A DNA stretch of 64,000 nt from a bacterium. GTDB taxonomy: Bacteria > Krumholzibacteriota > Krumholzibacteriia > LZORAL124-64-63. Positions 28,736 through 38,558 of the stretch are shown piece after piece. A program made the translations under genes and the position numbers. Each line of letters begins with the position of its first letter. Position 1 is the first letter of the stretch. A model generated the notes under the pieces. It saw only the letters and a program-made list of their open reading frames with translations, did no database searches and was not told where the DNA came from. Location: contig JANOEP010000072.1 in the NCBI GenBank assembly GCA_031441465.1, positions 1-64,000 of the forward strand, in the 5' to 3' direction.

Positions 28736-30235
28736 ATGACCCGGCAGATCTTCGCCCGCAAGCCGCTGCAGGAACTGCTCGACGACATGGCCGGCGACAA
28801 CCGGCTGCGCCGTTGCCTGGGCCCCGTCACCCTCACCAGCTTGGGCATCGGCGCCGTCATCGGGGCCGGCATCTTCGTGGCCACCGGCGAGGCGGCGCGC
28901 AACGTCGCCGGCCCGGCCCTGATGCTCTCCTACGCCGTGGCCGGGATCACCTGCATCTTCGCCGCCCTCTGCTACGCCGAGTTCGCCTCGATGGCGCCGG
29001 TGGCCGGCAGCGCCTACACCTACGCCTACGTCACCCTCGGGGAGCTGGGCGCCTGGATCATCGGCTGGGACCTCGTCCTGGAGTACGCCGTCGGCTCGGC
29101 CACGGTGGCCAACGGCTGGTCCAGCTACTTCCAGGAGGTGCTCAGCAGCTTCGGCTGGCATCTGCCGGAATCCATGCGCGGCGCGGCGCTGCACTTCGAC
29201 GCCGTTTCCGGGCATTTCGTGCGGACGGGCTCGTACGTCAACCTGCCGGCGGTGCTGGCCACCATGGTGGTCACGGCCGTGCTGATCAAGGGCATCAAGG
29301 AGAGCGCGAGATTCAACGCGGTGATGGTCGGCATCAAGGTGGCGGCAGTGCTCTTCGTGATCATCGTCGGGGCGTTCTACGTCGACCCCGCCAACTGGAC
29401 GCGAGATTTCGCCCCCTACGGCTGGACGGGCGTCGGCTTCTTCGGCATCCCGCTCTTCGGGCAGACATCCGCCGGCGGGACACCCGTGGGCATGCTCGCC
29501 GGCGCGGCGATCATCTTCTTCGCGTTCATCGGCTTCGACTCCGTCTCCACGCACGCCGAGGAGGCGCGCAACCCGAAGCGCGACGTGCCGATCGGCATCA
29601 TCGTCTCGCTGCTGGTCTGCACGATCCTGTACATCGCCGTGGTGACCGTCATGACCGGGATGGTGCCCTACGACCAGATCGACGCCAACGCCGGCGTCTC
29701 GCAGGCCTTCGCGCAACGCGGCCTGGGGCACGCGCGCTTCATCATCGCCGCGGCCGGCGTGGCCGGCATCACGTCCGTGCTGCTGGTCCTGATGCTCAGC
29801 GCGCCGCGCGTGATGCTGGCCATGGCCCGCGACGGGCTCATCTCGCCGAAATTCTTCGGCGCCGTGCACCCGCGCTTCCAGACGCCCTGGAAGAGCACGC
29901 TGGCCGTCGGCGCGTTCGTCACCGTGCTCGCCGGGTTCCTGCCCATCGACGCCCTGCTGCACATGACCAACATCGGCACGCTGTTCGCCTTCGTGATCGT
30001 CTGCACCGCGGTGCTGGTCATGCGGAAGATCGAGCCCGAGGCCAAGCGGCCGTTCCGCTGCCCCTGGGTGCCGCTCGTGCCGTTGCTGGGGGTCGGTTCC
30101 TGCCTGATGCTGATGTTCTCCCTGCCCGTCGCCAACTGGTGGCGGCTGATCGTCTGGCTGGCGATCGGGCTGGTCATCTACTTCGCCTACGGCCGCCGCC
30201 ACAGTCACATGCGCCGTCAGACGAACAAGCCCTGA
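28736..30235 (+). CDS. APC family amino acid permease (CAT/YhdG-like)
   Basis: GAVIGAGIF, AGSAYTYAY, FFAFIGFD. Confidence 0.92.
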   Translation: MTRQIFARKPLQELLDDMAGDNRLRRCLGPVTLTSLGIGAVIGAGIFVATGEAARNVAGPALMLSYAVAGITCIFAALCYAEFASMAPVAGSAYTYAYVTLGELGAWIIGWDLVLEYAVGSATVANGWSSYFQEVLSSFGWHLPESMRGAALHFDAVSGHFVRTGSYVNLPAVLATMVVTAVLIKGIKESARFNAVMVGIKVAAVLFVIIVGAFYVDPANWTRDFAPYGWTGVGFFGIPLFGQTSAGGTPVGMLAGAAIIFFAFIGFDSVSTHAEEARNPKRDVPIGIIVSLLVCTILYIAVVTVMTGMVPYDQIDANAGVSQAFAQRGLGHARFIIAAAGVAGITSVLLVLMLSAPRVMLAMARDGLISPKFFGAVHPRFQTPWKSTLAVGAFVTVLAGFLPIDALLHMTNIGTLFAFVIVCTAVLVMRKIEPEAKRPFRCPWVPLVPLLGVGSCLMLMFSLPVANWWRLIVWLAIGLVIYFAYGRRHSHMRRQTNKP

Positions 30236-30284
30236 CCAGGTCGCAATCGAAGTAACTGACTGCCGTCATTGAAGATCGAATAGG

Positions 30285-30315
30285 AATCCGGCGCCCGGGG
30301 GGCGCCGGATTTCTT
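30285..30315 (+). terminator. Intrinsic terminator
   Basis: AATCCGGCGCC-CGGGG-GGCGCCGGATT followed by TCTT. Confidence 0.65.
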
Positions 30316-30387
30316 GTGATCGCGTCCGCCGACCCCACCGCCGGCGGCACGATGCGGCAACATCCGCAACGGCAAGGCATTCCGCGT

Positions 30388-30414
30388 TAAAGTGCCTCCC
30401 CCGCTCGACGATAA
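30388..30414 (+). promoter_or_regulatory. Sigma-28 (FliA) promoter
   Basis: TAAA-N15-GACGATAA versus consensus TAAA-N15-GCCGATAA, upstream of motA. Confidence 0.7.
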
Positions 30415-30488
30415 CACCCACGACCGCCGCATCCGGCGGAAGCGTCGGGCGTGGCCCGGCCGGAGTCCATCTCCCAGAGGAATGGCGC

Positions 30489-31346
30489 ATGCTTACCCTG
30501 ATCGGCGTCCTCTTCGGCCTCGCCAGCGTTGTCGGCGGCTTCATCATGGAAGGCGGCAACCCCGCCGCCCTGTTCATCCTCGCCGAGTACGTCATCATCC
30601 TGGGCTGTTCGCTGGGGACGCTCGTCGCGATGTCGACCCCGCGCGTCACGAAGCGCCTCGGCGCCGCGTTCGGCACCATGATGAAGGGCGACCGCAGCAG
30701 CAAGAAGAAGTACCTCGAGCTGCTCACGATGCTCTACGACCTGTTCCAGATCACGCGCAAGGACGGCCTGCTGGGCCTCGAGTCCCACGTCGAGGACCCG
30801 CCCAAGAGCGAGATCTTCTCGAAATACCCGGCGTTCCTGGCCGACCACCACGCGATGGCCTTCCTCTGCGACACGATCCGGCTGATCATCTCCTCGAACC
30901 TGCCCGCCCATGACCTCGAGGCGCTCATGGACGCGGACATCGAGACGCGCCACGCCGAGGAGCACCAGCCGATCAGCGTCCTGACGAAGGTCGCCGATGC
31001 GCTGCCGGGCCTGGGCATCGTGGCGGCCGTGCTCGGCATCGTGATCACGATGGCGCACATCGACGGTCCGCCGGCGGAGATCGGCCACAAGGTGGCCGCG
31101 GCGCTCACCGGCACCTTCCTGGGCATCCTGCTCTCCTACGGCGTGTTCGGGCCGATCGCCACGAACATGGAGCTGCTGGCCCAGAACGAGTCGCGCTACT
31201 ACTCCGTGATGAAGACGGCGCTGGTCGCTTTCTGGAAGATGCTGCCTGCGTCGGTCGCGGTGGAGTTCGCGCGGCGCACCATCGAAACCGACGTCCGTCC
31301 CTCGTTCAGCGAACTCGAAGAGGCATGCCGCGCGTCTCGCGGCTAG
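30489..31346 (+). CDS. motA: Flagellar motor stator protein MotA
   Basis: RKDGLLGLESHVE, PGLGIVAAVLG, ALTGTFLGILLSYG, AVEFARR. Confidence 0.93.
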   Translation: MLTLIGVLFGLASVVGGFIMEGGNPAALFILAEYVIILGCSLGTLVAMSTPRVTKRLGAAFGTMMKGDRSSKKKYLELLTMLYDLFQITRKDGLLGLESHVEDPPKSEIFSKYPAFLADHHAMAFLCDTIRLIISSNLPAHDLEALMDADIETRHAEEHQPISVLTKVADALPGLGIVAAVLGIVITMAHIDGPPAEIGHKVAAALTGTFLGILLSYGVFGPIATNMELLAQNESRYYSVMKTALVAFWKMLPASVAVEFARRTIETDVRPSFSELEEACRASRG

Positions 31347-31361
31347 GAAGGGATTCCGGGC

Positions 31362-32258
31362 ATGGCGGAGCAGAAGGGCAAGAGCGGCGACCAGCCGCTG
31401 CAGCCCATCATCGTCATCAAAAAGGTTGTCGGGCACGGCCACCACGGCGGCGCCTGGAAGGTGGCGTACGCCGACTTCGTGACCTCGATGATGTCGCTGT
31501 TCATCGTGCTCTGGATCGTCAATCAGGACCAGGCGGTGAAGGAAGCGGTGGCCGGCTACTTCCGCGATCCCGGCGCGTTCCGAGCCTCGGGCGCCGGTGG
31601 CCCGCTGGGCGGCCAGTCGATCCTGCCCGAATCGGGCAAGGGGATCATGGAAGGGATGCAGGCAGAGGCGAAGCGCCTGCTGGAGGAAGCGGCCACCGAG
31701 CTGCGCGAGCAGCTGTCCGGCATGGAGCACTTCGAGCAGATCATGAAGCAGGTCGAGATCAAGATGACCGACTCGGGGCTCAACATCCAGATGGTCGAGA
31801 TGTCGAACTCGCTGTTCTTCGACGTGGGCAGCGCGAACCTCAGCGCGGCCGCCGAGGAAGTGCTCCAGGTCCTGGCGCGGCAGCTCAGCAAGCTGCCCAA
31901 CAAGCTCGTGATCGAGGGGCACACGGACAGCCGGCCCTATCCCGCCGGCGGCGGCTACAGCAACTGGGAACTGTCGACCGAGCGCGCCAACTGTGCCCGC
32001 CGCTACATGATCAGCCACGGCCTGCCCGGCGAGCAGGTGGCCGAGGTCAGCGGCTACGCCGACACGCGCCTGCGCCACCCCGAGGATCCGGCCGACGTCG
32101 GCAACCGCCGCATCAGCATCACGGTCCTCTACCAGGACGGTCAGATGCCCTGGTCGTCGGGCGACGCGGGAGCGGCGCCCGGTGACGGGGAGCGCCTGCC
32201 CCAGAGCCAGAACACCGGCACCCCCAGCCCCACGATCAGCAACCCCGGCCACGAGTAG
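31362..32258 (+). CDS. motB: Flagellar motor stator protein MotB
   Basis: HHGGAWKVAYADFVT, IEGHTD, NWELSTERA, NRRISI. Confidence 0.93.
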   Translation: MAEQKGKSGDQPLQPIIVIKKVVGHGHHGGAWKVAYADFVTSMMSLFIVLWIVNQDQAVKEAVAGYFRDPGAFRASGAGGPLGGQSILPESGKGIMEGMQAEAKRLLEEAATELREQLSGMEHFEQIMKQVEIKMTDSGLNIQMVEMSNSLFFDVGSANLSAAAEEVLQVLARQLSKLPNKLVIEGHTDSRPYPAGGGYSNWELSTERANCARRYMISHGLPGEQVAEVSGYADTRLRHPEDPADVGNRRISITVLYQDGQMPWSSGDAGAAPGDGERLPQSQNTGTPSPTISNPGHE

Positions 32259-33646
32259 CGGGGCTTGACGATCAGCAGGTCCACGCAGATCGCCACCGCG
32301 GCCAGCACGTACAGGGCCGGCAGCACCGGGTAGCCCGGCGCGCGCCAGCTCCGTACGGCCGTCGGCCGACGCCGCCGCAGCACGAAGATCCCCACCACCG
32401 ACAGCGCGTAGAAGATCAGCACCGCGAAGATGACGTAGTCGAGCAGGTCGCCGTAGCGCCCGGTCAGGCAGAGCAGGCAGGCCCAGACGCCCTGCATGAC
32501 CAGCGCGGCGGCGGGCACGCGACGGCGGTTGAGCTTGCCGGTGCTGCGGAAGAAGAGACCGTCGTGCGCCATCGCGTAGTAGACGCGGGCGCCGGTCAGG
32601 ATCATGCCGTTGTTGCAGCCGAAGGTGCTGATCATCACCAGCACCGCCATGATCGCGGCGGCGACCGGACCCAGGATCGTCGAGGCGGCCGCGGTGCCGA
32701 CGCGGTCGGCGGTCGCGAACTGCAGCCCGCGCCCGGCCGCGTCCAGGGCGGCGGGGTCGCCGGCCACCGGCAGGGCCAGGATGTAGACCAGGTTCGTCAG
32801 CATGTAGACGACGACCACGATGGCGACGCCCACCACCAGGGCGCGCGTGATCGTCCGCTGCGGGTTCACGGTCTCGCCGCTGGTGAAGGTGACGTTGTTC
32901 CAGGCGTCGCAGGCGAAGAGCGAACCGACCGACGCCGCGCCCAGGGCCATGAGCAGGCCGATCCCGGTCAGGGCCTCGCGCGTGACCGTCCCGTCGGCGC
33001 CCACGATCGTCCGGCTCGCCGACCACATGTCGTGGAAGTTCGCCGCGATCGCCCCGGCGTGGCGCCCCAGCGCCAGGCCGCAGACGACCAGCACGAGCAG
33101 GGCCGCCACCTTGGCGACGGTGAAGCTGTCCTGGACGAGCTTGCCCTCGCGCAGGCCGAGCGTGTTGAGCCAGGTCAGCAGGGCGATGCTGGCGATGGCG
33201 ACCAGCTGCGCCGCGTTGACGTCCAGGCCGCCGACCGACAGCAGCACGTGCTGCTCGCCCAATGACGGCGCCAGCAGCGCGAGGTGTTTGGCGAAGGCCA
33301 TGCCCACTGCCGCGATCGAGCCGGTCTGGATCACCATGAACAGCGTCCAGCCGTAGAGGAAGCCGGTCAGCCTGCCGAACGATTCGCGCAGGTAGACGTA
33401 CTGGCCGCCGGCCTGCGGCATCAGCGCCGCCAGCTCGCCGTAGCACGCCGCGCCCAGCAGCGTCACCAGGCCGCTGAACAGCCAGACCGCCATCAGCCAG
33501 CCCGTCGAGCCCACGCTGCGGGCGATGTCGGCGCTGACGATGAAGATGCCCGAGCCGATCATCACGCCCACCACGATCATCACCGCGTCGAAGAGGCGGA
33601 TGTCCCGCTTGAACCCGGGCGCGCCCGGCGTCTTCTGATCGTGCAT
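32141..33646 (-). CDS. APC family amino acid permease (LAT/SteT-like)
   Basis: GVMIGSGIF, AGGQYVYL, DAWNNVTF, GARVYYAMA. Confidence 0.9.
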   Translation of the reverse strand: MHDQKTPGAPGFKRDIRLFDAVMIVVGVMIGSGIFIVSADIARSVGSTGWLMAVWLFSGLVTLLGAACYGELAALMPQAGGQYVYLRESFGRLTGFLYGWTLFMVIQTGSIAAVGMAFAKHLALLAPSLGEQHVLLSVGGLDVNAAQLVAIASIALLTWLNTLGLREGKLVQDSFTVAKVAALLVLVVCGLALGRHAGAIAANFHDMWSASRTIVGADGTVTREALTGIGLLMALGAASVGSLFACDAWNNVTFTSGETVNPQRTITRALVVGVAIVVVVYMLTNLVYILALPVAGDPAALDAAGRGLQFATADRVGTAAASTILGPVAAAIMAVLVMISTFGCNNGMILTGARVYYAMAHDGLFFRSTGKLNRRRVPAAALVMQGVWACLLCLTGRYGDLLDYVIFAVLIFYALSVVGIFVLRRRRPTAVRSWRAPGYPVLPALYVLAAVAICVDLLIVKPRYSWPGLLIVGLGVPVFWLWGRRSPSPGAAPASPDDQGI

Positions 33647-33821
33647 GTAGTACCTCCGGATCGCCGGCGGGCGGAGCGGCCCGCGTGGGCGTGGCCCCAT
33701 TGGAAGCGGGGCGCGCCGGTTTGGCAAGAGGGGAGTGGCCGCGCGTGGCGCAGATCCCGATTGCCATCCCGGCGCCGCGCCGCCAAGATCGGCGGGAATC
33801 GTCCACCGGCCGGGAGGCGTC

Positions 33822-35114
33822 GTGAAGAGCCCGCAGCGTTCGCCCTGGATCTTCGTGCCCTCGCTGTATTTCGCCGAGGGCGTCCCCTACGTCCTGGTCA
33901 ACACGGTCTCGGTGATCCTCTACAAGAACCTGGGCGTGGACAACGCCCGCATCGCGCTGTGGACCAGCCTGCTCTACCTGCCCTGGGTCCTGAAGATGCT
34001 CTGGGGTCCGCTGGTGGACACGCGCTCGACCAAGCGCGCCTGGATCCTCGGCACGCAGGTCGCCCAGGCGGCGTGCCTCGCGGCCGTGGCGGCGACGATC
34101 GTCGCGCCGGGCTTCTTCTTCTGGTCGTTGGCCGCCTTCACGCTGGCGGCGCTGGTTTCGGCCACCCACGACATCGCCGCCGACGGGTTCTACCTCCACG
34201 CCCTGGACGAGCGCGCGCAGGCGTATTTCGTCGGCGTGCGCACGTTGTTCTACCGCGCGGCGATGATCTTCGGTTCGGGGCTGCTGGTGACCGTGGCCGG
34301 TCGCCTCGAGGGCGGGCCGCGCGGGGTGGCGGCCGCCTGGTCGATGGTCTTCGCGTGCGCGGCGGTCCTGTACGGGGGGATGTGGCTCTATCACCGGGCC
34401 GCCCTGCCGCGCCCGGCCACCGATGTTCTCGTCGCCGCGGGTAATCAAGGCGCCAGCAGACCGGCCGAGTCCGGCTGGTTGCGGATCGTGGCGGCGTGGC
34501 TGCGGCAGCCCCGCGCCGGTGTGATCGTCGCCTTCATCCTGCTGTACCGCCTGGGCGAGGCCCTGCTGCTGAAGCTGGCCGCGCCCTTCCTGCTGGACGG
34601 GCGGGACGCGGGCGGCCTGGGCCTGACCACGCAGCAGGTCGGCCTCGCCTACGGCACCATCGGTCTGGGCTGCCTGATCGTGGGCGGCGTGACGGGCGGC
34701 TGGCTCATCGCGCGCTTCGGTCTGCGGCGCCTGCTGTGGCCGCTGGCCCTGGCGCTCAACGTGCCCCACGTCGCGTACCTCTACCTGGCCTACGCGCAGC
34801 CCGGCCCGGTGGTGGCCTACCCCCTGGTCGCGCTGGAGCAGCTGGGCTACGGGCTGGGCACCACCGCGTTCATGGTCGTGCTGATGCGCGTCTCGCGCGG
34901 GGAACACCGGACTTCCCACTTCGCGATCGCCACCGGTCTGATGGCGCTGGGCATGATGCTGCCGGGCATGGTCAGCGGGGCGATCCAGGCGGCGGTGGGC
35001 TACCGCGCCTTCTTCCTGCTGGTGCTGCTGTGCGGAGTGCCCGGCCTGGCGCTGCTGCCGTGGCTGCCGAGGTTCGCGGAGGAGGCCGAAGGCCGGGCGT
35101 CAGGATCCGCCTGA
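33822..35114 (+). CDS. AmpG-like MFS transporter
   Basis: SLYFAEGVP, LPWVLKMLWGP, SATHDIAADGFY. Confidence 0.85.
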   Translation: MKSPQRSPWIFVPSLYFAEGVPYVLVNTVSVILYKNLGVDNARIALWTSLLYLPWVLKMLWGPLVDTRSTKRAWILGTQVAQAACLAAVAATIVAPGFFFWSLAAFTLAALVSATHDIAADGFYLHALDERAQAYFVGVRTLFYRAAMIFGSGLLVTVAGRLEGGPRGVAAAWSMVFACAAVLYGGMWLYHRAALPRPATDVLVAAGNQGASRPAESGWLRIVAAWLRQPRAGVIVAFILLYRLGEALLLKLAAPFLLDGRDAGGLGLTTQQVGLAYGTIGLGCLIVGGVTGGWLIARFGLRRLLWPLALALNVPHVAYLYLAYAQPGPVVAYPLVALEQLGYGLGTTAFMVVLMRVSRGEHRTSHFAIATGLMALGMMLPGMVSGAIQAAVGYRAFFLLVLLCGVPGLALLPWLPRFAEEAEGRASGSA

Positions 35115-36356
35115 GGTTCCCAGCGCCGCGGCGACCTCGCGCGCGACCACCGCGTTGCCGGGCACGCTCCAGTGGCCGTTGTTGGGGATGTACTGGCGCA
35201 GGCCGGTCTGCTGCTGAGCCAGGCGCAGGGCGTCGAGCGGATCGACGCAGGCGATGCCGCGGGCGGCGGCGAAAGCGCGCAGCCGGTGCGTCGGCGCCGA
35301 GAAGTCGTAGGCCGCGGCCGGCAGCGGCGCCCGGCGCAGGGTCAGCTCCCGCACGACCGGGTCGACCTGGATCTCCGAGGGGGCGATCAGCAGCACGCAG
35401 CGAGCACCGGCCTGCCGGCAGGCGGCGTCGAACTCCAGCACCTGCCGCTCGGCCTGCTCCCACCAGCGGGCGACCTCGGGCGGCGTCTGCGACTGGTAGA
35501 GGGGCAGGTTGTCCACGCGTCGGCGCAGGAACTCCGCCTTCAGGGGGATGCGCAGCGCGGGATCGGCCGGGTCGCCCCACATCCCCTTGAAGACCGGCGC
35601 GCCGGGATGGGCCGCGCCTTCGGGCGCCTCCGTGGCGGCCGTCGCTTCCGGCGAGGCTTGCGCTGGGGGAGCGGCCGCCGCGCCGCCGAAGCGGACCGCG
35701 GCCCGCCAGCGGCGCAGCGAGTTGACCGCGCGGACCCCGTAGAGCTGCTCGGCCAGCACGAACAGGTGGCTCTTGCGCAGCAGGTTCAGCAGCGGCTCCC
35801 GCGAACCCGTGAAGTGCAGGTTGCCCTGGAAGACGGCGCCGGGGATGGGGATGCCCGTCACGTCGCTGTCGATGGAGAAGCAGAGCAGGGCCACGTCCGG
35901 GCGCCAGGACTCGCCCTTGCCCCGCATCAGGCCCACGGCGTTGCGCACGTCCCAGCCGGGCAGGCCGGCGATCATGGCCTCGGCAGCCGCGGTCCCGGCC
36001 GGGGGGGCCGCCCGCAGCGAATCGTCCAGCACCCGCAGGAAGTTGTGGGCGATCGGCACGTCCCCGTAGACGAACGAATCCCCGATGCCGACCAGCCGCC
36101 ACACGCCGGCCGGCTTCGGGACGGCGCGGTCGCGATCGCGGAAGCCCAGGGGGTTGACGTGGCGGTCGTCGTCCGGCGGGTAGAGGCCGGGATCGCCGGG
36201 ATTCAGGACATAGCCGCAGTCGGGGTCGTTGCGGTAGGGCGTGCCGTCGGGGGGCGGGATCGTGCCCTGCAGGTAGCGCACCGCCAGCTCGCAGACCACC
36301 AGGGTGGCGAGCAGGCCCGCGAGGGAGATCATCAGGATGCGCAGGCGTCTTCTCAC
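35100..36356 (-). CDS. Membrane-anchored SGNH/GDSL hydrolase (AlgJ/AlgX-like)
   Basis: N-terminal TM; NPLGFRD, GDSFVYG, NNGHWSVPGN. Confidence 0.8.
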   Translation of the reverse strand: MRRRLRILMISLAGLLATLVVCELAVRYLQGTIPPPDGTPYRNDPDCGYVLNPGDPGLYPPDDDRHVNPLGFRDRDRAVPKPAGVWRLVGIGDSFVYGDVPIAHNFLRVLDDSLRAAPPAGTAAAEAMIAGLPGWDVRNAVGLMRGKGESWRPDVALLCFSIDSDVTGIPIPGAVFQGNLHFTGSREPLLNLLRKSHLFVLAEQLYGVRAVNSLRRWRAAVRFGGAAAAPPAQASPEATAATEAPEGAAHPGAPVFKGMWGDPADPALRIPLKAEFLRRRVDNLPLYQSQTPPEVARWWEQAERQVLEFDAACRQAGARCVLLIAPSEIQVDPVVRELTLRRAPLPAAAYDFSAPTHRLRAFAAARGIACVDPLDALRLAQQQTGLRQYIPNNGHWSVPGNAVVAREVAAALGTSGGS

Positions 36357-36446
36357 GTCGATCCTTCGTCGGGCGGCGAATTGGAGCCGCCGCCAGTATA
36401 GACGCGGCCGGGTCGCGGCGTCAAAGTGCGAAAAACCCGCAAATCA

Positions 36447-36476
36447 TTGACAGGAATGGTCTCCGGGGGCTAGTTT
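36447..36476 (+). promoter_or_regulatory. Sigma70-type promoter
   Basis: TTGACA-18-TAGTTT upstream of the TBDR operon. Confidence 0.5.
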
Positions 36477-36530
36477 CGTCCGTCACGGACCCATCGCGCA
36501 CCGGCCGTGCCCCTCGGTCGCCGCCCAGAG

Positions 36531-36587
36531 GACCGCATCCCGTCATCGGGACCAGATCCCCATCTCGGGACCGCATCCCCATTTCCC
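36531..36587 (+). repeat. 3 x 19-bp imperfect tandem repeat in the 5' leader
   Basis: gaccgcatcccgtcatcgg/gaccagatccccatctcgg/gaccgcatccccatttccc, then GGAGG. Confidence 0.65.
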
Positions 36588-36599
36588 GGAGGCCGCCCC

Positions 36600-38558
36600 T
36601 TGCCCCGCCCCGGCAGCACCGCCCGCCTCGCCCTCGTCGCCGCTCTGTGCGGCGTCCTGTGCTTCTGCTGCGCCGGGCCGGCCGGCGCCATCCCGCGCAC
36701 CGAGCTGGTGGCCAACGCGGGCATCATCGGGTTGACGATCACGAATCTCGGCTACGTCGGCAACGGGCTCTCCATTCCCTACCAGCCCTCGTGCGAGTAC
36801 CCGCTCAACAGCCACGTCGAGCACCTGTTCATCGGCGGCCTCTGGGTCGGCGCCATGACGCCGGAGGGGCTGCGCCGCGTGTCGACCGGCGCCCAGGACG
36901 CTTCGAGCCTGACAAACGGCGAGGACAACCGCGAGTTCACCGACTCCATCACGCAGGACGTGCAGGTCTGGTCCAACACGCAGAACAGCGACGACTACAA
37001 CCCCGCCGCCCTGGCCACGCAGCACATCGAGTGCTACTTCCACGACGACAAGTACGACGAGACCGGCAACCACACGCCGCTGTTCGTCAAGGTCATCCTG
37101 CGCGCGCTGTCCTGGAGCAGTTCGTACGCGGACGACTTCATCGTCCTGGACTACCGCATCATCAACGATTCGGGCAGCGAGCTGCGCGACGTGTACGTCG
37201 GCTACTGGAACGACACCACCGTCGGCAACACGACGGTCACCGTGCCTTCCGGCTACGGCGGCGGCGCTGCGCGCCCCTGGCAGTTCTACGACGACATGAA
37301 CGGCGGCTGGCGTCCGGGCGACGTCGCCGACGATCCCGGCCTCTGGATGATGTACGAGCACGACGATGACGGCGAAGAGGGGATGGCCACGTCCTGGATC
37401 GGGGCGCGCCTGCTGGGCGCCGTGCCGGCCCCCACGCCGGCCTCGGGCATGCCGCCGGTGATCTACAACAGTTGGCGCTTCGGGTCAGTGCCCGACGAGG
37501 ACGATACCTACATCGTCGACGGCGAGACGGAGGCGCGGCCCGGCAAGTACCAGATGCTCTCCAACGGCGATTTCGACGCCGGCGGCGACTTCTCCTACCC
37601 CGGCAACTGGAACGGCCTGCTCGCGACCGGCCCGTTCCCCAACCTCGCCCCCGGCGACACCCTGCAGGTGACCTACGCCGTGGTCTGCGGCGCCGACTCC
37701 CTGAACCTGCTGGCCAACGCCAAGGTGGCCCAGGTGGCCTACGACTCGGGCTTCGCGATCCCGACCGGCCCGCCCTCGCCGCGGCTGGGGCTGGAGTACG
37801 AGGACAACACGATCGTGCTGGCCTGGGCCCCCGGCGACTCCGTCGCCCTGGACGACCAGGGCGAGCCCGTGCCCCTGCTGTCCGACGACCCGCGTCGCTC
37901 CCCCGAGCACCACATCAGCATCATCACCCACCGGCCCGACTTCCAGGGCTACCGGATCTTCCGCTTCCAGGGCGAGTCCTTCGGTGGCGACCCCTACGAG
38001 CAGTCGACCATGGTGGCCCAGTTCGACAAGATCGACGGCATCGGCTTCGACACCGGGCTGCCGCCGGTCGGCGCCGACGGCAAGCGGCGCTTCCGCGACA
38101 CCTCGCTGCTCGACGGCTTCGGCTACTGGTACTCCGTGGTCTCCTTCTCCGCCCCGGACGTGGTCTCCAGCCTGCCGGAGTTCCAGAGCGGTTACTACGA
38201 GAACGCGACGCTGGTCTACCCCGGTCCGGCCCCCCAGCCGCTGGGCGAAGGCCGGGGCGTGGGCGTCTTCCCGAACCCGTACCGGGTCGCCTCGCGCTTC
38301 GACGACCAGCAGGGCGAGCAGGAGCTGGGCCGCAAGCTCTGGTTCACCGGTCTGCCGGCCCGCTGCGTCATCAAGGTCTTCAACCTCAACGGCGACCTGG
38401 TCAAGACCTTGAACCACGACGACCCGGCCTCGGGCCTCGAGTCCTGGAACATCCTGAGCGAGCCGGTGCGCGCCATCGCGTCGGGCCTCTACATCTTCGC
38501 CGTGGAGGATCTCGCCACCGGCAAGGTGGAACGCGGGAAGCTGGTGATCGTGAAATGA
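36600..38558 (+). CDS. Secreted protein with T9SS/FlgD-type C-terminal domain
   Basis: GGAGG + TTG 36600 (ORF open from 36507); signal peptide; C-terminal VFPNPY..IKVFNLNGDLVKTL..W..ASGLYIF..GKLVIVK. Confidence 0.8.
   Translation: MPRPGSTARLALVAALCGVLCFCCAGPAGAIPRTELVANAGIIGLTITNLGYVGNGLSIPYQPSCEYPLNSHVEHLFIGGLWVGAMTPEGLRRVSTGAQDASSLTNGEDNREFTDSITQDVQVWSNTQNSDDYNPAALATQHIECYFHDDKYDETGNHTPLFVKVILRALSWSSSYADDFIVLDYRIINDSGSELRDVYVGYWNDTTVGNTTVTVPSGYGGGAARPWQFYDDMNGGWRPGDVADDPGLWMMYEHDDDGEEGMATSWIGARLLGAVPAPTPASGMPPVIYNSWRFGSVPDEDDTYIVDGETEARPGKYQMLSNGDFDAGGDFSYPGNWNGLLATGPFPNLAPGDTLQVTYAVVCGADSLNLLANAKVAQVAYDSGFAIPTGPPSPRLGLEYEDNTIVLAWAPGDSVALDDQGEPVPLLSDDPRRSPEHHISIITHRPDFQGYRIFRFQGESFGGDPYEQSTMVAQFDKIDGIGFDTGLPPVGADGKRRFRDTSLLDGFGYWYSVVSFSAPDVVSSLPEFQSGYYENATLVYPGPAPQPLGEGRGVGVFPNPYRVASRFDDQQGEQELGRKLWFTGLPARCVIKVFNLNGDLVKTLNHDDPASGLESWNILSEPVRAIASGLYIFAVEDLATGKVERGKLVIVK

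Noticed and set aside
30340..30480. c-di-GMP riboswitch upstream of motA
   Set aside because: The characteristic GGCAAAC..GAAA..GACGCAAAG architecture is absent.
30489..32258. motAB as Zorya ZorAB
   Set aside because: MotA has canonical length with no long tail, flagellar signature motifs and a sigma-28 promoter; no zorC/D/E nearby.
30387..34919. Very long ORFs such as 1510 aa (-), 1327 aa at 55009 (+), 1020 aa at 54674 (-) and 549 aa at 38 (+)
   Set aside because: Antisense or off-frame shadows of recognisable genes in high-GC DNA; no motifs of their own, except where they contain a real gene already annotated.
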